Positions 1 through 8,621 of a stretch of 27,548 bases of DNA are shown in pieces. The DNA lies in the NCBI GenBank assembly GCA_041500405.1, contig JBGQMB010000008.1, forward strand, positions 1-27,548, read 5' to 3'. The notes beneath the pieces were generated by a model. The model saw only the letters and a list, made by a program, of their open reading frames with translations. It did not search any database and had not been told where the DNA came from. Position numbers and translations under genes: made by a program. How positions within the stretch are numbered: position 1 is the first letter of the stretch; every line of letters begins with the position of its first letter. The stretch comes from Candidatus Micrarchaeia archaeon (GTDB taxonomy: Archaea; Micrarchaeota; Micrarchaeia; Anstonellales; J096).

Positions 1-933
1 TATTCCGGCCACTGCCACGACAATGGCTGCTGGCGCGCAGCACGCCGCCCCGCTGCTGCTGAACGGAGTCTCGTCCTTGGACTGGTCGAACTCCGCGACT
101 GCGCCGTTGCCTGATTGCGCGGTCGTGACTTTTTCGCCGGCTTTAAGATTAACTGTGCCGGAGGCGCCGGTTACAGTGACGTTGCCCTTATACACTTTCG
201 TCACGCTCTGTTTGCTAGTGGGATCATAACTCACATAGAACTGCGTGCCCTTGACACCTATTACCGAGACGCCAGTGTCTATCTCAAATTTTGTTCCGTC
301 CCTTTTTGTCACGTCGCTGAAAAGGGCCGCTTTGACAAGCTCAAGCACTACGGCCAGGGTGCCCGCGCTCTTGACCCTGGTGAGCTCTTTCATGCGCAGC
401 ACCGCGCCTCCGTCAAGGAAGAGCTTGCTGCCGTCGTCGAGAACTATTGACGCTTTGCCGCTGTTTCCAACCCTTATTGTGTCGCCCTCGCCAAGCTTGG
501 TGCCTGCGGCCGCCTTTGCCCATGTTACGCCGCCGTCGTTGCTCACAAGCAGCTCGCCGTCGATGCCGCTGACCTGGGCCAGGCCGCCTGTTGACTCTAC
601 GTCATCCATGCTCTTGCTGATGCAAAGCGTATTGTCGTCAGAGCACCCATATGAGCAGCCTGCGCACACGTCGTCGGACGGGGCGAGCTCGTCCTTCAGC
701 AGGCCAAATTCCGAATACGGGCAATAGCAGGCGCATGGCTTGCCTTGCGGGCACGCGCATGCCACATTCAGCCCTGTATCAGGGTCATGGAACCCGGTGC
801 AGGCGTCAGTGCTTGCGCAGGGTATTCCATCCCCGCCGCACAGGAAGCAGTCTGAAGCCCCCGCCGGGCACGTTCCTGCAAAGCACAAAGACGCCATAAC
901 CAGCAAGGTTGCAATCCCAAAAACAGCTTTCAT
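1..933 (-). CDS. Secreted/surface protein: signal peptide, Cys-rich domain, FecR-like domain and C-terminal Cys-Cys/hydrophobic anchor (3' end runs off window)
   Basis: Not in the ORF track; translated by hand from ATG 933 (GGAGG just upstream), open to base 1. MKAVFGIATLLVMASLCFA is signal-peptide-like. 14 Cys in residues 22-104. FecR-like segments GDTIRVGNSGKASIVLDDGSKLFLD and VIGVKGTQFYV. Ends SSSGAACCAPAAIVVAVAGI... Confidence 0.85.
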   Translation of the reverse strand, partial: MKAVFGIATLLVMASLCFAGTCPAGASDCFLCGGDGIPCASTDACTGFHDPDTGLNVACACPQGKPCACYCPYSEFGLLKDELAPSDDVCAGCSYGCSDDNTLCISKSMDDVESTGGLAQVSGIDGELLVSNDGGVTWAKAAAGTKLGEGDTIRVGNSGKASIVLDDGSKLFLDGGAVLRMKELTRVKSAGTLAVVLELVKAALFSDVTKRDGTKFEIDTGVSVIGVKGTQFYVSYDPTSKQSVTKVYKGNVTVTGASGTVNLKAGEKVTTAQSGNGAVAEFDQSKDETPFSSSGAACCAPAAIVVAVAGI

Positions 934-950
934 GCCTCCCTTTTCCGCCG

Positions 951-1014
951 TATATTTAAATTTCTTTGCCGTCTGCAATGTGTATGGGCGGCCTTTTGTC
1001 ATATATTTAAAAAG
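951..1014. promoter_or_regulatory. Divergent promoter region with two TATA-like boxes
   Basis: TATATTTAAA at 951-960 and ATATATTTAAAAAG at 1001-1014, between divergent starts at 933 (-) and 1050 (+). Confidence 0.55.
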
Positions 1015-1049
1015 CCTATCCTGCATAAAATGTGTTAAGGTGTTGAAAT

Positions 1050-1586
1050 ATGGCAGGACCATGCGAAAAAGCAGCAGAAGTGCTAGTGACTTCATTGTTA
1101 AAGGACATGCCGAATGTGCCCGTAAAATCCTATATGGAGCAGAAGCTCAGCGACAAGTTCGTGGAGCAGTTCAAGTCCATGAAGGACGGTTTCCTCACGG
1201 ACGTCATACCGAAAATAAACGACATCCAGGAGGGCATGAAGAAAATAATGGCCGAAAGGAAAGGCGAAATCAATTATGGCGCGGCGATGCTCATGTATTA
1301 TGCGGCCGCGTGCAACACAGGCAAGGACGACATAGAGAAGTTCCTTGTCGCCTACGGCAAGACCGAGAAGGAGATTCTTGCGAAGCACATCAGCGCCCCG
1401 GCGAACGCGAGGCTGGTGGAGCAGAAAAAATTGTCTGCGATGGAAATAGCGCTTCTTATGCCAGAGGCAGTGTCTGAAACGACCTTCAGGGCCTTCAGCA
1501 CGGAGCTCAGCAGATACAAGTCAGGCAAGATGGCGGAAGGCGAAAGGCCGGACGTGCTGTACAAGAAAACCGGGACAGTAGGGTGA
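1050..1586 (+). CDS. Hypothetical helical protein (178 aa), first gene of the AAA/vWA operon
   Basis: AGGTG upstream of ATG; codon style matches neighbours; stop lies 6 nt before the next start; no motif recognised. Confidence 0.8.
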   Translation: MAGPCEKAAEVLVTSLLKDMPNVPVKSYMEQKLSDKFVEQFKSMKDGFLTDVIPKINDIQEGMKKIMAERKGEINYGAAMLMYYAAACNTGKDDIEKFLVAYGKTEKEILAKHISAPANARLVEQKKLSAMEIALLMPEAVSETTFRAFSTELSRYKSGKMAEGERPDVLYKKTGTVG

Positions 1587-1592
1587 ATACCT

Positions 1593-4238
1593 TTGGTTAC
1601 TGCGCAGCAAGCCCCCGGCAGCGCTACCAAAGAGATTAAAACGCAAAAAGGGGAAACCCTGCGCGCCGCGCTTTCAAAAAAAGCCAGCAAGTACGGCAAA
1701 ATGCTGGACGTAATCCCAAGCATAAGCACGTTCGCTGTCAACAACACCATAAGGATGCACCCTGCGTTCACGTGCAATGCCATGTGCATGTTCCTTGACA
1801 TTGCAATGGGCGAGAAGCAGCCGTTTGTGCCGTACCTTGTTGGGCCGCCGGGCACGGGCAAGACGTTCGCGGCCGAGGGGCTGCTTGACATCACGCTTTC
1901 AAAGCTCAAGGGCGTATTCTCCTCAAAAGAAGGCAACGAGAAGATGCTGAAGGACGCGCTTTCAGGGTGCGTCAGCGCAGGCTTGCTTGAATCGGACTTC
2001 AGCCCTGAAAAGTGCAAAACATTCATCGAATACTTCAAGGTCTCGAACGTGCTTTCTGAAATCGCGTACGGCATGGCAGACACGTATCACTCTTCCCCTA
2101 CGCAGAAGAAGGGCCAGGTGAAAAGCAAGTTCGAGGAGCTCATGATATCGCTCAAGGCAATAGCCAACGCGTCTGGAAAAACAAGGGAAAATTTTGCAAA
2201 GGAGCTGGAAGCCGGCATAAGCACAGACGTCTATGTATTGCCGTCCGCCTCCTCCGCAACCGACATAATCTCTGAAGAGGCCTATGTCATAACCTATTCA
2301 GGAAGCATAGAGCGGATGGTGAAGCACCCGATAATAACGATGCTTAAAGATGCATACAACGGAAAGATAAGCGCGCTTATCATAGACGAGGCAAGCGAAA
2401 CGCTCAAGCAGAAGGAGGCAGGAAGGGTGAAGAACCTGCACCCGCTGATAGATGCACAGGTCAACGGCAAGCCATTGCTTGTTTCAGTGAACCCGGAAAG
2501 CCTGGACGAGGACGGCATAGTGATGCTCAGGGATTTCAAGGACGCGGTTGAAAACAGGATAAAGCAGGGCGGCGCCTGGGCTGAAGACAACATCGACGAC
2601 ATAAAGAGGCTCTCTGCGCAGATTGGCGAGGTCCTTGAAGGCAGGAGGGCCCAGCTTTCAATACTGCTGCCCAACACCTCGTGCATGATGATGACAGGCA
2701 ACGTGAGGCAGGAATACGAGCAGATAGGGCTGACCGGCGCGACATGGAGACGAATCCAGCCGATATCATTCTCATACCTCTCCCCAGAGCACATGGAAAA
2801 ATTCCTTGGCGACCTTGTCGAAGAATACAAGAAGGAGCTCAGGGCGGCGCTGGGCGAGGATTTCAATTCAATAGAAAACGAAATAGGGCAAAGAAGGCAG
2901 GAGTTCGTGAGGAGGCTTGTCGACACATACAAGAGCCTTTACGACGCCTACAACAACGAGCCGGCGAAGTTCGTGAACCGGATGCTGTCCTCGCTGAGGA
3001 GCATGGCATACGCGCTGAGGTCCTTTGAGAGCTATTATGCGATGTCAGGCATGATAAAAGAATCCGGCGAGATGAACAGCATGGAGTGCGCGGAGGTTTC
3101 GCTTGGCCTGAGCTCGCATGCCGGGCACAGGTTCGTTGAAATGAAGAAGGACAGGAAAGGCCTCGGAAGCATAATGCCGAGCCAGCAGAGGTATGGCGAG
3201 TTCCTTCTTGCCGCGCTTGAGCTCTCTACTTATATACCCGTCGGAAGCTTCACTGAGACCAGCGAGACCAGAAGCGGGGAAAGCGAGACCACGCTCAGGG
3301 CAAAGGCAAGGGAGATTTTCGCGGCAAGGGGCCTCAAGGGAGGCAGCGCGCAGGAAAAGATGATAACAGTGAAGCTGGGCAGGAGCGAATACGTGTATTC
3401 GGAGCCCAATTTCATTTACACCCTTTACGGATTGGCGAACGCGCTTTCAAGGCAGAGGCTCATGCTCCTTGTTGGCGAAAGCCAAGAGGGAAAGACCACG
3501 CAGGTGGAGTTCACCAGGGGCTTTGTCAAGGAGATGGGCAAGGCCTTCGGCTTCGAGGACGTCAAATTCCTGGGCATAGACGACGCAGAGGAGTTCACGC
3601 TGAAAATCCCGAGGATAAAAAGGAGGGAGAAGGGAGGCGAGGAGAAGGCAGTCAAGAAATCCCTGCTCATGGAGACGATAGAGGACGCAAACGCGAACCC
3701 GCAGACGCTTTACCTTGTCCGCGTGGACGAGATAGACAACCTCAGGTTCTCGCAGGAGCTGAACGCGCTGTTCACAAGGGACAGCATAAAAATCGGCGGA
3801 AAGGACTACAATGTCGGCAACCTCGTCATAATGGGGACGTCGAACATATCAAGGATGATGCTGGACAACTTCGTCAGCAGGGGCGGCATCCCGCTGGTCT
3901 TCACCAGCTCCATATCAAAGGTGGAATACCCGGGCCAGAACTTCGACATAAGGAACGTTTACCTGATGCACGCCGCGGTGGAAAGGGCGCTCAACAGCCG
4001 GGAAAAGGCCGACGAGGTCATGGGAAGCGTGCTAAGCGACGCGGACCTTGTGAACGAGCTGTCCAAGACCGACTTTTACGCCATAGCAAAGAACCAGGGG
4101 AAGCTTGAGAAGACATATCTGGCGTCGATAGAGAAGGGCATGCCTGCGGAGGACTACGCAGGCGCGGTCGCATCGTTCATAAGGTCGCTCAGGCAGATAG
4201 ACATCGAGCGCGAACAGGCAAAAAGGGGCGTGGTCTGA
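1593..4238 (+). CDS. Tandem (two-module) AAA+ ATPase, MoxR/dynein-midasin-related (AAA_5-like), 881 aa
   Basis: Module 1: Walker A GPPGTGKT (1842-1865), Walker B LIIDE, sensor-1 MMTGN, Arg finger ATWRR, sensor-2-like SSLRSM. Module 2: GESQEGKT (3474-3497), VRVDEID, IMGTSN, FVSRG. TTG start preceded by GGTGA. Confidence 0.85.
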   Translation: MVTAQQAPGSATKEIKTQKGETLRAALSKKASKYGKMLDVIPSISTFAVNNTIRMHPAFTCNAMCMFLDIAMGEKQPFVPYLVGPPGTGKTFAAEGLLDITLSKLKGVFSSKEGNEKMLKDALSGCVSAGLLESDFSPEKCKTFIEYFKVSNVLSEIAYGMADTYHSSPTQKKGQVKSKFEELMISLKAIANASGKTRENFAKELEAGISTDVYVLPSASSATDIISEEAYVITYSGSIERMVKHPIITMLKDAYNGKISALIIDEASETLKQKEAGRVKNLHPLIDAQVNGKPLLVSVNPESLDEDGIVMLRDFKDAVENRIKQGGAWAEDNIDDIKRLSAQIGEVLEGRRAQLSILLPNTSCMMMTGNVRQEYEQIGLTGATWRRIQPISFSYLSPEHMEKFLGDLVEEYKKELRAALGEDFNSIENEIGQRRQEFVRRLVDTYKSLYDAYNNEPAKFVNRMLSSLRSMAYALRSFESYYAMSGMIKESGEMNSMECAEVSLGLSSHAGHRFVEMKKDRKGLGSIMPSQQRYGEFLLAALELSTYIPVGSFTETSETRSGESETTLRAKAREIFAARGLKGGSAQEKMITVKLGRSEYVYSEPNFIYTLYGLANALSRQRLMLLVGESQEGKTTQVEFTRGFVKEMGKAFGFEDVKFLGIDDAEEFTLKIPRIKRREKGGEEKAVKKSLLMETIEDANANPQTLYLVRVDEIDNLRFSQELNALFTRDSIKIGGKDYNVGNLVIMGTSNISRMMLDNFVSRGGIPLVFTSSISKVEYPGQNFDIRNVYLMHAAVERALNSREKADEVMGSVLSDADLVNELSKTDFYAIAKNQGKLEKTYLASIEKGMPAEDYAGAVASFIRSLRQIDIEREQAKRGVV

Positions 4239-4601
4239 ATGGAAATGACAATGGCAGAGGCAAGGGAAACAACGCTTACGCTCAAGGGCGCGGAAAGGTT
4301 CGCGCCTGCATGGATAGTCTCAGGCTCAAGGAAGAACATCTCCAATTTCAATGAAACATACCAGTTCCTCGCAGCCAGGTTCGTGAAATACCTGGAGCAG
4401 AGGTTCGGGGACAAGGGCATCAACAAGGAGGCGTTCTCGCACCTTTTCATCAGGTTCCTTTCGCCGTTCTGCTCACCGGAGTTCCTGAAGCAGAACGAAA
4501 AGAGCAGGCTCAAGGCATGGAAGACCATTGAGGGCATGCTCAGCAACAGCATGGACAATCAGTCATACGCCATCGGGAACGGCGAATTCGTTGCGGCCTA
4601 G
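4239..4601 (+). CDS. Hypothetical protein (120 aa) within the AAA/vWA operon
   Basis: ATG directly abuts the upstream TGA (TGA-ATG) and its stop meets the next gene; no motif recognised. Confidence 0.75.
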   Translation: MEMTMAEARETTLTLKGAERFAPAWIVSGSRKNISNFNETYQFLAARFVKYLEQRFGDKGINKEAFSHLFIRFLSPFCSPEFLKQNEKSRLKAWKTIEGMLSNSMDNQSYAIGNGEFVAA

Positions 4602-7600
4602 TGGTTTGCATGGCCCCATTAAAGACCGGAATCATTGAAGAAACCAAAGGGGGGCAGGCGCGCGCAAGGCAAACGGGCATAATGGAGCCCGCGAGGCCCC
4701 TGACAAGGGAGATGGCGCGCAAGGCAAGGCGCTTTTCCGACTATGGCGCATTCACGGAGCTTGCCGCGCAATACGGCGGCGACGTTGTCAAGGCTTACGA
4801 GATTGCGAAGGGCGACGTTGTCGAGGAGGCAAAAAAGGCGTCCGAGGATTTGTTTCCCACTGCAGGCAACAGGGACGCGTTCGAAAAATCAGTGAGGAAA
4901 TTCTGCGACGACTCATTTTCGCTCCTGTTTGCCATGGTGCTGATGGGCGATCAGCTGGACAGGCAGTTTTCCGCCCGCATCGAGTCCGCGCTGGCGCAAA
5001 GGGGCAGGAACCTCATCGGCTTCGTCAACGATTTCGAGGACCTCAAGAGCCCAAGCAGGACAAGGGAAAGGGTGCTTTCAACATTGGAAACGTTCAGGGA
5101 CGAGTTCCCGCGCTCCCTCTCCGGACAGCTGGACAAGTTCGCATCCGAGGTGAAAAAGGGAACGCACGACGACACGTTTGCGCAAATCTCGAATATTTAC
5201 ACCGAGACAAAAATAGGCGAGCAGAAGGGGTTCGAATCGTACTTTTTCATAAACTACAGGGAGAATGCGTTCTTCGACATCGTTTCGCTTGCGATGCTGA
5301 ACGCGTCCAGCGGCATGATAAAGAAAAACGACATGGTGTCCATGTTCAGGCGCGAAAGCCCGGAGCAGGTTTTCCTGTTTCCCACGCTTTTCGTGCCCAT
5401 TTACGGGGCCGACGACTACATGAGGCTAAGGGCAGGCAAGGTCTCCGCAGACATCCCGATAGACGACCAGCTGAGGGCGGTCCTGTCCGAGCAGGAGATG
5501 TGGAAGGACGTGCCAATAAGGCCTGCCGAGCAGACAATTCCGCCGCTCGGAAGCATATCAAGACTGATAAGGGAGATGCCGTCCGCAAACGTGGACGCTG
5601 TCACAAGGGCGGAAAACAACACGCTCCCGCCGCAGGAGATGAAAAGCTTCATATTCAGGAGGATGGCGGAAAAGAAGATAACGCCGGTGCTTGACGTGGT
5701 GCCTTCAGGATGCTCGATGGGCGAAAGGGATGCCATAAGGGCGAATTCCTCTGCCAGGACTGTCCATTACGGGATAAACGACACGTTCCCGGAGATGGAC
5801 GGCGGCATAAGCATGATGTTCCACCACCTTTCAGACAGGCTAAGGTTCGTCAACAGCATGAAGCAGTCGATTGGGTACACCGACGGCACTGGCATATACC
5901 TTTTTCCGTATTACTCAAGGATGCCGACAAAGGACCTGAACGCCTACATGCTTTTTGGCATCGCAAGGCACGAGTTCGGCCACATAGACATGGGCTCGTT
6001 CGACTACACGGCAGGCGCGCCCCCGGAAATAGACCTTTTTGCGCCGCTTGCGAAGAATCCGGAATACGCCAAACGGTACAAGGAGAAAGGGGAACAAAAC
6101 ATAAAAGAGCTCCAAGATTTCCTCAATGGCGTCATGGAATCCGTTGACCATGAGCTTGGGATGAAAGCCAGCGGAAAGGCCAAGCTTCTTGAGGTGTTCC
6201 AGGCCATAAACAAAACCATAGAGTCGCACTACAAGAAGGAGGCGCATGGCAAGAACCCCTACATAAAGAGGTTCTACGAGCATTTCGGGGGCGAGACCTA
6301 CAGGTACACCGAAAACCTGCTGGACGACTACAGGATAGACAGGCACTTCTACGACGGAAAAGGAAGGGACGAGATTCTGTACGAGACCAGCGCCGCAGAA
6401 ACAGACAAGCTGAGGCAAATCTACAAGGTGTCCGAATGCATGCTTGCGATGCCGAAGGCGCTGCATATGCATAGGGAGTTCAAGGACGACCCAAAAACGT
6501 CCAATGCCCTGGACACGCTGTTCTATATGAAGATGCTCCGCGGCCGCGCGTTTGACGAGCTCATCGGCCCTAGCGTGGACCCGCTGTTCAGGGACATATG
6601 CGAGATGGCGCTTTCAAAGGCCTACACGGGCGGGAAAACGCCGAGAAGGATAAACGAAACCATGGGCGCAACCATAGAGTTCATGGCGCTTGCCATCATC
6701 TTCGACGATGCCATAAAGCCGCCGAAGGTCAAGATGCAGGAAAAAGGCGAAAAGGGCGAAAAGGGCGAAAAGGGCGAAGGCGAAGGCCAGCAGGGGCAGC
6801 AGGAAGGCGGAAAGGAGGGCCTGCCGAAAAAGGACCTTGACGAAAAAGAGAAGCCCAAGGAAGGCAAGGGCGGCGAAAAGGAAAAAGGCAAGGCCGAGAA
6901 AAAAGAGGAGGAAGGCAAGGATGAAGAGCGCGAAAGCGTGAGCCCGATAGACAAGGATCCGAACAGCGACGTCAAAATCAGCAAGGAGGAGAAGAAAACC
7001 AGCGAAAAAGGCAGGAAGGTCGAAGAGATGGGCTCAAAAGAGGAGAGGACGTACCAGACCATAGACGTTCCTGCTGAAAAAGTGGAGATGTTCAAGCAGT
7101 TTTTCAGGGACCTTAGGATAGACAAGATGGTCATAAACCGCGAGCTGGGGAAAAGGGGCGCAACCGTCGACGTCGACGAGCTGGCGAAGTTCATGTACAA
7201 AAGGGGGGCAAGGGAGGCGACATTCCTCGAGAAGCAGGTCACGGAGATTGACGTCGGGAGCCACCTTGAGGCACGGCCCATAGACATCTACATCGGCGTT
7301 GACACGAGCGGCAGCATGTCAGGGGGCAGGCTGGACCAGGCCAGGAGGATATCGCTTGAGATGCTTGCAGGCTACAGCGAGGTTGCAGGGGAGATGAGGG
7401 CCGCGAACATAAGGCTGCATTTCATAGCAGTTGCGACCGAAGGCGACCATATTGCCATAAGGGACTGGGACGCCACAAAGGGCCTGAGGGTCGAAAGGAA
7501 AGGCGACGTTTGCTCGATTTCCTACAAGTTCAGCGAGATAGGCGGCGGAACCGATCTGCCGGCCATGATAAGCCAGTTCAGGTCGTTTGTCGAGGAGATA

Positions 7601-7996
7601 AAGAAAGGCACCATATCCGAGATAGTCAGGGGCAGGAACGCCCTGAACCCTTCAGTGATGATAATGTACCTGACGGATTTCGGGGACAATGCCGGCGACC
7701 TTGAGGGCGTCGTTTCGGCGACAAGGGAGTTCGGCGAGTTCGCAACCCAGTACAGGTCCGACTCAAAGACGGTCAACTACGTCTCCAACGACGCGGGCAT
7801 AGCCACGCTGTTCGTTGTCCCTGACGACCATAGCGACAACGACGAGATAATGAACGCGGTCAAGGGCGCCACAAGCGGGGCAGTGGAGATGTTCACAGGG
7901 GAAAACGAGAAGGACGTTCTTGACAGGCTAAACGCGCTCAGGCCGGTCCTTGAAGGTCTGAGGGCGAGCAACGTGAAGGAAAAGCAGTCCAGATAG
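4601..7996 (+). CDS. Large vWA (MIDAS) protein with HEXXH zincin-like metallopeptidase domain and E/K/G-rich linker; start is GTG 4601 or ATG 4610
   Basis: GYTDGTGIYL, HEFGH (5969-5983) and ENLLDDYRID (6311-6340) resemble CobT/DUF2201-type peptidase-like domains. Charged linker about 6710-7050. MIDAS: IYIGVDTSGSM (DTSGS 7301-7315), GGGTD (7541-7555), YLTD (LTD 7670-7678). Confidence 0.88.
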   Translation: MVCMAPLKTGIIEETKGGQARARQTGIMEPARPLTREMARKARRFSDYGAFTELAAQYGGDVVKAYEIAKGDVVEEAKKASEDLFPTAGNRDAFEKSVRKFCDDSFSLLFAMVLMGDQLDRQFSARIESALAQRGRNLIGFVNDFEDLKSPSRTRERVLSTLETFRDEFPRSLSGQLDKFASEVKKGTHDDTFAQISNIYTETKIGEQKGFESYFFINYRENAFFDIVSLAMLNASSGMIKKNDMVSMFRRESPEQVFLFPTLFVPIYGADDYMRLRAGKVSADIPIDDQLRAVLSEQEMWKDVPIRPAEQTIPPLGSISRLIREMPSANVDAVTRAENNTLPPQEMKSFIFRRMAEKKITPVLDVVPSGCSMGERDAIRANSSARTVHYGINDTFPEMDGGISMMFHHLSDRLRFVNSMKQSIGYTDGTGIYLFPYYSRMPTKDLNAYMLFGIARHEFGHIDMGSFDYTAGAPPEIDLFAPLAKNPEYAKRYKEKGEQNIKELQDFLNGVMESVDHELGMKASGKAKLLEVFQAINKTIESHYKKEAHGKNPYIKRFYEHFGGETYRYTENLLDDYRIDRHFYDGKGRDEILYETSAAETDKLRQIYKVSECMLAMPKALHMHREFKDDPKTSNALDTLFYMKMLRGRAFDELIGPSVDPLFRDICEMALSKAYTGGKTPRRINETMGATIEFMALAIIFDDAIKPPKVKMQEKGEKGEKGEKGEGEGQQGQQEGGKEGLPKKDLDEKEKPKEGKGGEKEKGKAEKKEEEGKDEERESVSPIDKDPNSDVKISKEEKKTSEKGRKVEEMGSKEERTYQTIDVPAEKVEMFKQFFRDLRIDKMVINRELGKRGATVDVDELAKFMYKRGAREATFLEKQVTEIDVGSHLEARPIDIYIGVDTSGSMSGGRLDQARRISLEMLAGYSEVAGEMRAANIRLHFIAVATEGDHIAIRDWDATKGLRVERKGDVCSISYKFSEIGGGTDLPAMISQFRSFVEEIKKGTISEIVRGRNALNPSVMIMYLTDFGDNAGDLEGVVSATREFGEFATQYRSDSKTVNYVSNDAGIATLFVVPDDHSDNDEIMNAVKGATSGAVEMFTGENEKDVLDRLNALRPVLEGLRASNVKEKQSR
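6740..6787 (+). repeat. 9-bp coding tandem repeat (GAAAARGGC)x4 then (GAAGGC)x2, encoding (EKG)4(EG)2
   Basis: Read directly from the sequence, at the start of the low-complexity linker. Confidence 0.9.
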
Positions 7997-8131
7997 GAGC
8001 TATTTCTGTATTCTAAGGAAAAAATCCTTCCGACGGAGCGGAATCTAACCGCAAGATTTATAAATAGTATCATGACATCATCATGATTGTATCGTGGGTT
8101 TGTCAAAGCGAAACCATGACACGGTGTAAAG

Positions 8132-8584
8132 ATGGAACAAAGGGAATTTAAACGTTCGCCCGTTTGGGAGAATGAGATAGAGAAGGAAGCCAAAAACGTG
8201 CTCACAAGGCTCAGAGAAGACCCGGTGCTGCTGGGAGTTCTCATGTCCAAGCTCCTGGAGGAAAGGGAAAACACCAACAGGCTGCTCAAAACCCTGCTTC
8301 AAAGAATAGAGCAGCTGGAATCCAGGGCTACAAAAAACAGTGAGGTACAAGGGACTCGCGAAGCGATGTTGCCGGAGATTGACGAGCGTATTGTGGGATA
8401 CCTAAAGGAAAAGGGAAAGGCGAGCGCGGAGGACGTAAGGATTCAGTTCAATTATAAGGGAACCAATGCGGCCTCCGCGCGGCTGAATAGGCTATATGCC
8501 CTAGGCGTAATAAACAAGGCACAGGCAGGCAAAAGGGTTTATTTCTTTTTGCCGGAATGGCAAGGCGACCAACCCCCCGGTTAG
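8132..8584 (+). CDS. Coiled-coil plus C-terminal winged-helix protein, probable transcription regulator (150 aa)
   Basis: Heptad segment LLEERENTNRLLKTLLQRIEQLE; wHTH pattern IDERIVGYLKEKGKASAEDV...ASARLNRLYALGVINKAQAGKRVYFF. Confidence 0.75.
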   Translation: MEQREFKRSPVWENEIEKEAKNVLTRLREDPVLLGVLMSKLLEERENTNRLLKTLLQRIEQLESRATKNSEVQGTREAMLPEIDERIVGYLKEKGKASAEDVRIQFNYKGTNAASARLNRLYALGVINKAQAGKRVYFFLPEWQGDQPPG

Positions 8585-8621
8585 TCCCCGCACTGGTATA
8601 AGCCATATACACCCCAAAAAA

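Noticed and set aside
23..1477. Plus-strand ORFs 23-229, 115-450, 245-727, 651-899 and 740-1477
   Set aside because: They are shadows of the real minus-strand FecR-domain gene or an alternate frame of 1050-1586, with no motifs
6740..6787. Collagen-like Gly-X-Y domain
   Set aside because: Only four triplets inside a charged low-complexity linker, too short for a triple helix
1593..7996. Cobaltochelatase CobST or McrBC restriction system
   Set aside because: No cobalamin genes nearby and the ATPase is tandem; no McrB NxxD signature or McrC nuclease partner
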